A stretch of 64,000 bases of DNA from Mobula hypostoma (lineage: Eukaryota), in NCBI RefSeq assembly GCF_963921235.1, contig NC_086097.1, positions 173,230,001 to 173,294,000 on the forward strand. Reading direction: 5' to 3'. The position numbers and the translations under genes were made by a program. The notes beneath the pieces were generated by a model that did not search any database, was not told where the DNA came from, and was given only the letters and a program-made list of their open reading frames with translations. This document shows positions 1 to 12,830 of this stretch, one piece after another. Numbering within the stretch: the stretch's first letter is position 1; every line of letters starts with the position of its first letter.

Positions 1-785
1 CCCCCCCTCACAAAAAAGTGATGATAATATCAAATCCTCAACAGCCTCCCTCACAGAAAAGAACAGTGACAATAGCATCAAAACTTCTAACCCCCTCTAT
101 CACACACAAAAAACTAACAGATCACCCACATGGAAAAACACCAACAAGAACATCAGTCTCCAAATCCCCAACTCCTCCCTCTCACAAAAAGTAACATATC
201 GCTCACCCACCAAATGGCTGCAAGAAAGAAAATACTGAAAAACTGAAGGAGACTAATATATAGTACCACCTCAGATAAATCTGAGAATCTCAGATAATCA
301 CATAAGTCTCAGAATATTTAAAACATCTTTCCATCAGCATTCAAGGAAAGTACCCACAGGAACTCAATCCTTCAGTGAAAAGCAACTACCATGCTGTCTA
401 TCAACTGCCATGGTCTCCATTCAGATCAACCTGCTGACCTCCTCTGCATATGCCTCGATGCTTCGATCTTCTTGGACGCGTTGAAATGGAGTCGTTCATG
501 GCCCTGCACCCTATCTCTGGTCTTTTCTACAAGTCAGGTCATGTTTTCAGTCCTTCTTGGGACCGCTTCTCTGGTCTTCTCCATGAGGCAGCTCTCCAGA
601 CATAGAAGAGCGCTAGATTATTCAATCATTCAAACTGCACATCACAGGCTCCAACAGTTTCCGTAACACAATCAAGACAAAACGAAACAAGCAGAAGATG
701 TAGGGCAGGTGGAGTAATTGAAGATATTAGCTGTCTGAAAGACGTCGCCCAAAGAATCGTTGTTCGCTTGTGATATCTTGACCCA
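1..785 (-). repeat. Unclassified interspersed repeat, possibly the 5' part of a non-autonomous retroposon, cut by the window edge
   Basis: Loose internal subrepeats (ccc..ctcacaaaaa..) at 1-200; the minus-strand start CAAGATATCAC resembles the AAGATGG-type starts of other elements here; no coding motif. Confidence 0.3.
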
Positions 786-1511
786 GCTTAACCCTTGGTT
801 GATCTGGATTTAAAGAATGTATTGGCTTTTCTTTCATCAAGTTAGGATTCTTAGGTTCTGAAATATTTTTTGTCTTGAAACCCACAGAGAAGAGTATTGC
901 TTGTAAAATACTGAAATTCTAATTAATTCGTCTGGAGTTGAACTATTCATACTTAGGAATGAATGATCACCAGTTTTCTTATGCTTGAAATAACTATTTG
1001 AAAATGTATTTATTTTCTGCTTGAATAAAAACATTAATCCATTAAAAAATTGTGTGTCAAAGTGCCGCTATTAAAACAGCAGAATACTTACGATAGTAGT
1101 TAGGCACAAACAATGCCTGAGTAACATTGTACTAAATGGAATTCAGTTTAAACCTTCAATCTCCCATTTAATTCAGTAATGATGCATTATACATAGTCTA
1201 GTTAGACTGATTTGAAGTAAAACATTTTCACTCTATCTCTATCAAAGGACGATGCAAAGCAATCATTAAGTGTCTGACCATGGATCCCAGTACTTCAGTT
1301 TAGGAAGTTCTTTCATTTGTGGCATATTTCCACTGGGGCAAAAAATATTCCATGTTTTTACCATTATCTTAGTCTCGGCATGCTGCTGACACCAATGATG
1401 AGTCCAACTTCATGATTGTAATTTTAAGTGCATATGTTTTACAGGATATCTTTCTTTCTTTGTAAAAGAATAAATGCAATTTACACTGTTGTTCTTTGCG
1501 TCAACTCAAGA

Positions 1512-1760
1512 ACATAGTAACTAGAACAGTATAGCATAATACAGGTTCTTTGGCCCATTAGGTTGTACCGACCCTTTAACCTACTCCAAGATCAAGCTAA
1601 CCCTTCCTCCTATATAAACCTCCATTTATCCCTGTGTCTATCTAAAACTCTCTTTGATGTATTTGCCTCTATCAACACCACCCCTTGCAAAACATACCAT
1701 GCACCCACCATTCTCTGTGTAAAAAAAACCTACCCTGACATCCCTCTATCCCTTCGATAG
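1512..1760 (-). mobile_element. CR1 LINE 3'-end fragment
   Basis: Minus strand gives the FFTQRMVGAW-like RT C-terminus and a 3' UTR like the other CR1 copies. Confidence 0.7.
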
Positions 1761-1886
1761 GTACATTTAATGTCAGAGAAATGTGTACAATATACATCCT
1801 GAAGTTCTTTTTCTCCACAGACATCCATGAAAACAGAGAAGTGCCTCAAAGAATGAATGACAGTTAAAATGTTAGAACCCTTAACA

Positions 1887-4694
1887 TGTGGTAACAAGCA
1901 CATTAGTGAAACTTGGCTACAGGAAGGGCAGGACTGGCAGCTTAATGTTCCAGGGTTCTGATGTTTCAGATGTGATCGAGGCAGAGGAATGAAGGGTGGG
2001 GGGGTAGCATTGCTTGTCAGGGAAAATGTTACTGCAGTGCTCAGGCAGGACAGATTAGAGGGCTTGTCTACCGAGGCTATCTGGGTGGAGCTGAGAGACC
2101 GGAAAGGTATGACCACATTAATGGGGTTGTATTATAGACCACCCAATAGTCAGCGAGAATTGGAGGAGCAAATCTGCAGAGAGATAGCAGACAACTGCAG
2201 GAAACATAAAGTTATGATAGTAGGGGATTTTAATTTTCCACATATTAATTAGGATTCCCATATTGTTAAAGGTCTAGATGGGTTAGAGTTTGTAAAATGT
2301 GTTCAGGAAAGTTTTCTAAATCAATATATAGAGATACCAACTAGAGAGGATGCAATATTAGATCTCCTATTATGAAACGAGTTAGGACAGGTGACAGAAG
2401 TGTGTGTAGGGGAACACTTTGGTTCCAGTGATCATAACATCATTAGTTTCAACTTGACCATTGATAAAGACAGATCTGGTCCTCGGGTTGAGGTTCGAAA
2501 CTGGAAAAAGGCCAAATTTGAAGAAATGAGAAAGGATCTAAAAAGTGTGGATTGGGACAGGTTGTTCTCTGGCAAGGATGTGACTGGTAAGTGGGAGGCC
2601 TTCAAATGAGAAATTTTGAGAGTGCAGAGTTTGTATGTTCCTGTCAGGATTAAAGGCAAAGTGAGTAAGAATAAGGAACCTTGGGTCTCAAGGGATATTG
2701 GAACTCTGATAAAGAAGAAAAGGGAGATGTATGACATGTATAGGAAACAGGGAGCAAATAAGGTGCTTGAGGAGTATAAAAAGTGCAAAAAAATACATAA
2801 GGAAGAAATCAGGAGGGCTAAAAGAAGACATGAGGTTGCTTTGGCAGTCAAGGTGAAGGAAATTCCAAAGAGCTTCTACAGGTATATTAAGAGCAAAAGG
2901 ATATTAAGGGATAAAATTGGTCCTCTTGAAGAACAGAGTGGTTGGCTATGTATGGAACCAAAAGAAATGGGGGCGATCTTAAATGTTTTGTTTGCGTCTG
3001 TATTTACTAAGGAAACTGGCATAGAGTCAATGGAAATAAGGCAAACAAACAGTGAGGTCATGGAACCTATACAGATTGAAGAGGAGGAGGTGCTTGCTAG
3101 ATTGAGGCAAATCAGAGTAGATAAATCCCCAGGACCTGACAGGGTATTCCCTCGGACCTTGTGAAGGAGACTAGTGCTGAAATTGCAGGGGCCCTGGCAG
3201 ATATATTTAAAATGTCGGTATCTACAGGTGAGTGCAGGAGGATTAGAGGATAGTTCATATTGTTCTGTTGTTTAAAAAAGGCTCAAAAAGTAATCCGGGA
3301 AATTATAGGCTGGTAAGTTTGACGTCAGTAGTAGGTAAACTATTGGAAGGGATACTAAGAGATAGGATCTACAAGTATTTGGATAGGCAGGGACTTATTA
3401 GAGAGAGTCAACATGGCTTTGTACGTGATAGGTCATGTTTAACAAATCTATTAGAGTTTTTCGAGGAGGTTACCAGGAAAGTGGATGAAGGGAAGGCAGT
3501 GGATGTTGTCTACATGAACTTCAGTGAGGCCTTTGACAAGGTCCTGCATGGGAGGTAGTTAGGAAGATTCAGTTGCTAGGTATATATGGAGAGGTAGTAA
3601 ACTGGATTAGACATTGGCTCAACGGAAGAAGCTAGAGAGTGGTAGTGGAGGATTGCTTCTCTGAGTGGAGGCCGGTGACTAGTGGTGTGCCACAGGGATC
3701 AGTGCTGGGTCCATTGTTATTTGTCATCTATATCAATGATCTGGATGATAATATGGTAAATTGGATCAGCAAATTTGCTGATGATACAAAGATTGGAGGT
3801 GTAGTGGACAATGTAGGAAGGTTTTCAAAGCTTGCAGAGAGATTTGGACCAGCTGGAAAAATGGGCTGAAAAATGGCAGATGGAGTTTAATACAGACAAG
3901 TGTGAGGTATTGCACTTTGGAAGGACAAACCAAGGTAGAACATACAAGGTAAATGTTAGGGCACTGAGGAGTGCAGTAGAACAGAGGGATCTAGGAATAC
4001 AGATACAAAGTTCCCTAAAAGTGGCATCACAGGTAGATAGGGTCATAAAGAGAGCTTTTGGTACATTGGCCTTTATACATCAAAGTATTGAGTATAAGAG
4101 TTGGAATGTTATGGCGAGGTTGTGTAAGGCATTGTTGAGGCCAAATTTGGAGTATTGTGTGCAGTTTTGGTCACCAAATTACAGGAAGGATACTAATAAG
4201 GTTGAAAGAGTGCAGAGAAGGTTTACAAGAATGTTGCCGGGACTTGAGAAAGTGAGTTACAGAGAAAGGTTGAATAGGTTAGGACTTTATTCCCTGGAGC
4301 GTAGGAGAATGAGGGGAGATTTGATAGAGGTATATAAAATTATGATGGATATAGACAGAGTGAATGCAAGCAGGCTTTTTCCACTGAGGCAAGGGGAGAA
4401 AAAAAACCAGAGGACATGGGTTAAGGGTGAAGGGGGAAAGTTTAAAGGGAACATTAGGGGGGGCTTATTCATACAGAGAGTGGTGGGAGTGTGGAATGAG
4501 CGGCCAGATGAAGTGGTAAGTGCGGGCTCACTTTTAACATTTAAGAAAAACTTGGACGGGTACATGGATGAGAGGTGAATGGAAGGATATGGTCCAGGTG
4601 CAGGTCAGTGGGACTAGGCAGAAAAATGGTTTGGCACAACCAAGAAGGGCCAAAAGGCCTGTTTCTGTGCTGTAATGTTCTATGGTTCTATGGT
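1887..4694 (+). mobile_element. CR1 LINE, 5'-truncated, ORF2 (APE endonuclease + reverse transcriptase) broken by stops and frameshifts
   Basis: Motifs [70 protein letters not shown]; tail TTCTATGG repeats near 4680-4694. Confidence 0.95.
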
Positions 4695-4768
4695 ATTAAA
4701 GTCTGTATTCATAGGATTTCTTGGATCATGTTCCAAGGCTTTATGCATGATGAACTTGAATGCATTGT

Positions 4769-6025
4769 CATAAGAACATAAGAAACAGGAGCAGGAGTAG
4801 GCCATCTGGCCCGTTGAGCCTGCTCCGCCATTCAATAAGATCATGGCTGATCTGACCATGGACTCATCTCCACCTACCTGCCTTTTCCCCATAACCCTTA
4901 ATTCCCCTAGTATGCAAAAATCTATCCAACCTTGTCTTAAATATATTTACTGAGGTAGACTCCACTGTTTAATTGGGCAGAAAATTCCACAGATTTACCA
5001 TCCTCTGTGAAAAGCAGTTCCTCCTTATCTCTGTCCTAAATGTACTCCCCCGAATCTTGAAGCTATGTCCCCTAGTTCTAGTCTCACCAATCAGTGGAAT
5101 CAACTTTCCTGCCTCGATCTAATCTATCCCTTTCATCATTTTATATGTTTCTATAAGATCTGCTCTCATTCTTCTGAATTCCAGTAAGTACAGTCCCAGG
5201 TGACTCAATCTCTCCTCATAGTCTAGCCCCCTCATCTCTGGAATCAACCTGGTGAACCTCCTCTGCACTGCCTCCAAAGTCAGTATGTCCTTCCTCAAGT
5301 AAGGAGAAGAGAACTGCATGCAGTACTCCAGGTGCAGCTTCACCAGTACCCTGTACAGTTGTAGCATATCCTCCCAGCTCTTAATTTCAATCTCTCTAGC
5401 AATGAAGGCCAGAATCCCATATGTCTTCTTCATAGCCAGCTGCACCTGCAAACCAACCTTTTGGTATTCATGCACAAGCATTCCCGAGTCCCTCTGCACA
5501 GCAGCATGCTGCAATTTTTTACCATTTAAATAATAATCTGCTCTTCCATTTTTCTTTCCCTGGTGGATGACCTCACATTTACCAACATTGTATTCCATCT
5601 GCCAGACCCTGGTCCACTCACTTAACCTATCTATATCTCTCTGCAGACTCTCCGTATCTGCACAATTTGCTTTTCCACTCAATTTAATATCATCAGCAAA
5701 GTTAGATACACCACGCTTGGTCCCCTCTTCCAGATTGTTAATGTCTATTGTGAACATTTGTGGACCTAGCACCAACACCTGTGGCATACTGTCCACCACT
5801 GATTACCAACCAGGGTAACACCCATGTATCCCAACTCTCTGCTTTCTATTGATTAACCAATCCTCTATCCATGCTAATTCATCACCCTCCGCTCTATACA
5901 TCCTTATCTTATGGATTAGTCTTTTGTGTGGCACCTTATCAAACGCCTCTGGAAATCCAAGTAAATAACGTCCCTCTGTTCCCCTCTATCCACTACATTT
6001 GTTATATCCTGAGAGAACTCCAGTA
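4769..6025 (-). mobile_element. CR1 LINE, 5'-truncated RT fragment
   Basis: ORF 5119-5799 has VLGPQMF, FADD, HLEYCMQF, QRRFTRLIP; tail (TTCTTATG)n at 4769-4785. Confidence 0.93.
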
Positions 6026-6449
6026 AATCCATTAAGATCAAATACCCATATTTTTCAGTAAGGAGGGCACATTTCATCTTGCAATTCCGCAATCTACTAT
6101 TCCCGTGTTAATATGAATAGGAGAAATTCTTGCATTTCCAAAATATGAATAGCCAATTGGATAGATTTATGATTTGCATTTCCCGTTCACTTCATTGAAT
6201 GCCCTATAATCAAATCAAGATACATTCAAGAGACAATGAGGAAAATCAAAAATATTTGACAAGCAGAAATAATTTATCATCCATTCTATTGCTCAAAAGA
6301 TTTAGAACTGCAGCAGCCATAAAGTACTCTATTTCAATACAGCAAATATTTTACTATTGACAATTGTCATTATCTTTAATGCAAGGCCATAATGAAAACA
6401 CAATTTCACACAACAGCTAAAGAAATGTTATGCTCTATAATGATCCAAG

Positions 6450-6855
6450 GAATGTTTGATGGCTCTGGGTCTGTACTCACTGGAATTTGAAGGATGAGAG
6501 AGACCTCACTGAAACTTTTCATATGTTGATATGGAAAGAATATTTCCCATGGTGGGGGCCCCCAGGAAAAGAGGGCAAAGCTGAAGGTTAGAGGGGCGTC
6601 CATTTTAAACAGAGACGTGGAGAAATTTCTTTAGCCAGAGGGTGGTGAATTTGTTACCACAATCAGCTGTACAGGCCAGCTTGTTGGGTGCATTTAAGGC
6701 AGATCTTGATAGGTTCTTGAGTGGACACACATCAAAGGTTATGGGGAGAAGGCTGGGGAGTGGAGCTAGGAGGGAAAAAAAGGATCAGCCATGATTGAAT
6801 GGCCGAGCAGACTTGATGGGCCAAATGACCTAATTCTGCTCCTATGTCTTATGAT
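6450..6855 (+). mobile_element. CR1 LINE 3'-end fragment
   Basis: LYSLEF.RMR, NFFSQRVVNL and 3' UTR ending cctatgtcttatg, similar to the 3' UTR at 45780-45866. Confidence 0.8.
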
Positions 6856-7796
6856 CCGAAACTTTTCCAGTGGCCTCTGATAAATATTCATCTGAATTAA
6901 TTTTTGGAAATAGGTGCACAACGAGAGTTATTTCTCTCAATTATATCTTCCTATTGTAAAATAGAAGGCCATTTGCAGTCTTCTTCTAATTCTTAATTTA
7001 CAAATCAGAGCTAACTGCCACAACATTTCAGACTGTTTTCATCAACAATCATGAGAACTGACAAGGCATAATGAAAAGCAGCTGTCGACGACAGTTCGCT
7101 ATAGTCAATATCACAAATATTGACTAAGTCTGCTTAGTCTGTTTAATTCTTGGCTTAAATAGATCAATAAAATTCCCAATTATAATAAGCCTAGAATGTA
7201 AATGTGTTATAGAACACAAAACATTATAGCACAGGAAAAGGCCCTTCAGCACACGAACATGATGTTGTGCCAAACTAATTGAGGTAATAATGCCTATTTA
7301 CATTAACCTTTCTACCTGCATGTTGTCCATATCCCTACTCATTCATACGTCACCTAAGAAACTCCTTCTTATCATATCTGCCTCCATCACCACCCCTAGC
7401 AATGCATTCCAGGTACCCACCACTCTCCATTTAAAACAATTGCCCCCACATCTCCTTTGAATTTACACCCCCCCTGCCCCCCCCCACACACCCTAAATCC
7501 ATACCCTCTGGTATATTCTGTAAAAATCTAAATTATGGCTTACTGAATGAATCTGAAGCTGATTTGAGGTTACTGTTTTGTATGTATGCAAATTAGCTAT
7601 TTACATTTTCATTGTGTGAAATGCGTTCACCTGAATCTCAGCATGCTGCTAACACCAATACTATGCAATTTCTGTCATTTATAATTTTAAGTACAAGACT
7701 ATTTTTTACTTGCTAAATAACAAAGGTAATTTACAAACATACAATTTTACTCAACACTAAAATAACTGAGGCAATAATTCACAAAAAAATCTTAAG

Positions 7797-7799
<3 letters not shown>

Positions 7800-7832
<33 letters not shown>

Positions 7833-7844
7833 ATCAGCAAGTTT

Positions 7845-7879
<35 letters not shown>

Positions 7880-7893
7880 ATCAGCAAGTTTGA
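7800..7893. repeat. Exact tandem duplication of a 47-bp unit, (CA)n microsatellite + GTATCAGCAAGTTTGA
   Basis: 7800-7846 is identical to 7847-7893. Confidence 0.95.
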
Positions 7894-8834
7894 ATTTGGC
7901 ATACACCTTGCACAATTAACTTTTAATTTTAGTTCCCAGTATTAATCAATGCAACAATGTTAAGAGACAGCTGATAAATTATTTCCACTCACATCCAGCA
8001 CTCCATGCTGCAGGTAAATAACAGATTTAATATAGAGTAAAAGGCAAAAATAATAAATGCCAGTTTCAATCCAACCGTGCCAGTGGGATGTTTCTAATGT
8101 CAAACAATCCAAAGTTTCAGAGTAATTACAAATTTAGGACTGTACAGGACATTAGAATCACAACGTTGATGCACTCTCTGCCATTTTCACTGGACATCGC
8201 TGTGGTTCTGAAGAAAAGACTCAAGGTTCCCCATGACATCCCAGATGTCACTCACACACTTTGATCATTTAACATTTTGATCAGTCACTGGCCAAGAGTG
8301 AGTGGAATATTGTATTTCTTACAAAAAGTTTTCAGAACATCTTGGGAGAATTTTCCCTGCCTTGTAGATTCTGAAAGACCTTTGGAGCATCAGAAGAGTC
8401 ATTTACTGCAGGGTACCCAGCCTCCAAGCGACAGTACTTATGTGGTTGCTCCAGTTGAGGTTCTGGTCAACGGTGATTCCCAAGACCACCAGTGGGTAAC
8501 TTACCAATAATCTTCTCTTCTTCTAGAATATTATTTGCCTCTTATTAGGCCCTGTTTGAATCTTGTCTTGAACTGCAGCACATAGGTATGAACTAAAATC
8601 GTGCAATCATCAGCAAGCACTCCCATTTGTGATATTATATTGGAAGGAAAGTTATTGATGATGCAGTTAATAATGTTTGGGCTGAGAACACAGCTCCAAA
8701 GAACATCTATAGTGATATCCTGGGGCTCATTTGATTGATGTTAACAAGTTTAAGCATCTTCCTTTCTGTGAGATATGATTCCAACCATGCAGCATTACAG
8801 CCTTGTTACCAATTAACTTGAAGATACACATGAC

Positions 8835-11198
8835 TAGTCAGTGTCTAGATATTAGTCAGTGTCTTTGGTATTTGATCTAAGTGATTCCCAAAAAGTTCAA
8901 AATGAGTACTAAGGAAGTATTAAAGCTGTCAATATAGCGCCAAAATAACCCTACCCCAAAAAAATTGCCAAAAAAAGCTTTATAGTCATTTCTTGTATTT
9001 TCAGACATACTGAACAACATATCAAAAATTGGACAGAAACAGAGCACGAGAAAGTAAAAAAAACTGACGTTAAAAAAATGGCCACCAATGAAAAGAATCA
9101 GACCCATACCTGTCTTATTTTGCTATATTTCACTGTTTCTAACAATGGTAGTGCCATAATTGTGGTATAAAATGTGAATGGGAATACCCGCAGGGTGTGT
9201 TTTATCGCCAGAACTAGCAGGGACCTCCAAAACCAGCACACTGTGGGTCAACTACCAGCACATGGTAGGGATTGCTAGGGCACTTGCTGCGGCCGATCGA
9301 ATGGGGTCATGGGAGATGCATCTCAGTGCCATCTCAGCTTCCTTGCCAACATTCGCGGCTGCTGACCATCCGAATTATCTGAAGTCAGCCCCTCTCTATC
9401 TCCAGAAGATGCATGCATTGGAGGATGACAACCCTGAGGTTCATCAGAAGTTCCAGTCTGAAGTTCCAGTCTGGGTTCCATGTAATCAGATGCAGCAGCC
9501 AATACTGAGATGGCCTCGGCCCTGGTCTTGTGATAGAACAGACACTATTGCGCTCACTAAAAAGCCAAGGGGGCCTAACACGAGGAAGTGGGATGTCAGA
9601 GCACCAGATAGCTGTTTGGACTATGTCTTCCACTGTGTCATCCTCTTACAACCTTGCCATGCAAGAACTGACCACGAATAGTTACACAACAGGTGAACAA
9701 CATAAGGAGTTGTCCACCTCCAGAGTGAGTAGAGATGAGGCTGACCTTGAAAAAGTCGCAGCAAAACTGGACTGTTTCACGCCATTTTCCGATGATAAAT
9801 CATTGTGCAACATCATCACAGGGGTTTATGCAAATGAGGATGTCAATATACATGACCTGTTCGCAATAGGAAATGACATAGTTAGGAAAATGGACGGACA
9901 CTCTGTTTTCTCGTATTCGCACAAAAGGAGTTCGAAGGTCAAGACATTAGCACCTAGCAGGGCGGTCAAAGTTGCTGAAGGCTGTACCATAGATCCAGCG
10001 TTGTTATTCCAGAGGTTCCTTGTTGTGTCATAGACAGGTGATCTCCGGCTAGATGAAGTGATGAACAATGAACTCTGTCCACATCCAATGTCTTTGTTTG
10101 AAGCAAAGAACATCTTGCACCAACCAGATAAGCCACAACTGGCAGAAGCGATAAAGAACTAAGTCACCTCCAAATCCGACAATGCTGTCACACAGACGGT
10201 CCCAGTGACAGATCACTATGTTCTAGATGGGGGATCACTTCTGCACCACTTAAAATGGACGGAGGGGTGCACCTACAGTTCAATTGCAGATGACTAAGCC
10301 TCATTCACTGTCAAATACTATGCCAGAGCCACTGTAGTGTTTAATAGTTATGGGGTTGGGCCAAGCATAAAGGACTGTACTCATCAGCGTCGAAGTAGAA
10401 ATTTGAATGCGAACAAGGTGAACATTACAGGGCCAATAAAATTTGTTGGAAAAAAGGAGGACTTCTTGTCGGGTGAGGCAAACAAGCAGGTAATTATCCA
10501 GCTCATTGTGGAACGTTTGTGACAGAGAGGCTGCAAAGTGATTCCAGCTGAAGGAGATGCCGACGTTGAGGTCGCAGAAGGAGCCATCACAATATCTGCT
10601 TTCAAATCTACCACCCCTGTTGGAGAAGACACAGATCTCCTCGTACTCTTGCTCTACTATGTAGTGGTAACAAACTGCACTGAAATCTATTTCCGCTCAG
10701 ACAAGGCGAAATCAAATGCCTATGATATCAAGGTCCTTAAGCAGGTACTCGGAGAAGCAGCTTGTAATGATCTATTGTTTCTCCACACCTTTACCAGATG
10801 TGACTCAATGTCCAGAGTATTTGGGATCAGAAAGAAGTCGGGGTTCCAGAGAATCATCAAGATAGAAAAGGGAATCAGAGACTGTTGGAAAGCGTTCTGT
10901 TCACCAAAGCAAAGTCAGGTTGTTGTGGAAACCAATGGCTGTAGGGCAATGGTGGTGTTGTTCAATGGAAATCAGAACGACTCCCTGACATCTATCAGAT
11001 ACAATATGCTCTGCAAGAAAGTTGCGAGAGCTAAGACTTTCGTCACGCCTGAAAGACTACCACCAACCACCTCGGCCTGTAAATTTCACTCCCTGTGGAC
11101 TTACTACCAGGTTATGGAGTGGATGGGCTGTAGTGATGAAATGGAGCCGTCTGAGTGGGGATGGAGGGTAGAAGGGGAAAAACTCGTTCCAGTGATGA
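8835..11198 (+). mobile_element. Degraded Academ-like (AcademX) DNA transposon: C-terminal part of the transposase region plus an XPG/FEN1-like nuclease domain; 3' end lost
   Basis: Frameshifted ORF pieces 9178-11198 give DRMGSWEMHL..LPTFAAADHPNYLKSAPLYLQKM, IEQTLLRSLKSQGGLTRGSG, IDPALLFQRFLVV, VLDGGSLLH, AEGDADV, GEDTDLLVLL, HTFTRCDSMSRVFGIRKK, PERLPPTTSACKFHSL..YYQV..W, EWGW. The left terminus at TAGTCAGTGTCT (8835 or 8853) is tentative. Confidence 0.75.
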
Positions 11199-12830
11199 AG
11201 CAAGTGGGAACTTCCGCCCATAGCAATGAGAGGTTGAAAACGTCCTTGAATACTCCTACTAGTCAGTTGGCACAGGTTTTCAGAGCCTTACCAGGTTCTC
11301 CATCTGGACCTTCTGCCTTGTGAGGGTTCACTCTCTTTAAAGGCAACCTAACATCGGCCTCTGAGACAGAGGTCACAGGGTCAGCAGATGCAGCAGGGAT
11401 CTTCACAGCTGTAGTTGTGTTCTCCCTTTCAAAGCAGGCATAGAAGGTGTTGAGTTCATCTGGTAGTGAAGCATGGCTCATTCATGCTAATGGGTTTCAC
11501 TTTGTAGGAAGTAACGTCTTGCAGACCCTGCCAGAGTTGCCATGCATCCGATGTCGCCTCCAGCCTCGTTTGAAATTGTCTCTTCGCCCTTGAAATAGCC
11601 CTCCCCAAATCATACCTGGTTTTCTGGTACTGGCCTGGGTTGCCAGACTTGAAAGCCACAGATCTGGCCTTCAGTGGACGATGTACCTCCTGGTTGATCC
11701 ACGGCTTTTTGTTTGGGAATGTACAGCAAGTTTTTGTGGGCACACATTCATCCACACAGGTTTTAATGAAGTTGGTAACAACTGCAGCATACTCATCCAG
11801 GTTCAAAGATGAATCCCTGAATACAGTCCAGTCCACTGATTCAAAGCAGTCCTGTAGGCGCTCCTGTGCATCCCTTGTCTAAACCTTCTTGGTCTTCACT
11901 CCTGGTGCTGCAGTCTTCAGTCTCTGCCTATACTCAGGGAGTAGAAGTACAGCCAGGTGATCAGACTTCCCGTAGTGAGGGCAGGAATAGCATGGTAGGC
12001 ATTCTTGATGGTGGTGTAGCAATGGTCCAGTGTGTTGTTTCCTCTGGTATTACAAATGATCTGTTGATGGTAGTTGCTTAGTGATTTTTTCAGACTAGCC
12101 TGGCTAAAATATCCCAAAACAATGGTGAAGGCATTAGGGTGTGCTGTTTCATGCATGTTGATCCCATTACTCAGGTCATCTAAAGCCTGCTTGACATTGG
12201 CCTGAGGTGGAATGTAAACTGCTACAAAATGACCCCAGAGAACTCCCATGATAGATAAAAAGGACGGCACTTTACTGCTAGATATTCCAGGTCTGGTTAG
12301 CAGAATTGTGACAGCACTGATATATCTGTGCACCAAGAAGAGTTGATCATGAGGCATACTCCTCCACCTCTGCTTTTGAGAGATTCCATAGATCTTACAG
12401 TAAATCCGTCGATCTGGATCACTATATCCGATATGGAAGGGGTTAACCAGGATTCCGTGAAACAAAGGACACACACGGTTCTAATGTCTCTCTGATTCAG
12501 CACCCTAGCTCTGAGATCATCGATTTTATTCACCAGAGACTGCACGTTCGCCAGCAAGATAGTTGGTATAGGGAGTTTAAAACCCTGTTTCTTTAAACAC
12601 ATTTGTAACCCAGATCTACATCCGCACTTCCTCCGAGGTATCCTCCGTGGACAATTCCTACCACAATTGGTGTTGTTTCCGTCAGTTTAAAGCAGCAATA
12701 TGTTGCTTAAATGCATTAAGACATCTTTGTTGACTGTACTGACCAGGCTGAAATGGGAATATTTAATCATATCCATTGAGAGTACTGCTGTTATTCGAGT
12801 TGTGCCGAGGTCCCCCGGAAGTTTCTTCTA
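11199..12830 (-). mobile_element. Rex1/Babar-clade LINE, 5' half (endonuclease and start of RT), 3'-truncated
   Basis: LLANVQSLVNKIDDLRARV, LCFTESWL, GGGVCLMIN, AVYIPPQA, TRGNNTLDHCY, FPNKKPWIN, LPDELNTFYACFE, KAEGPDG, FNLSL..AEVPTCF. Confidence 0.9.
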
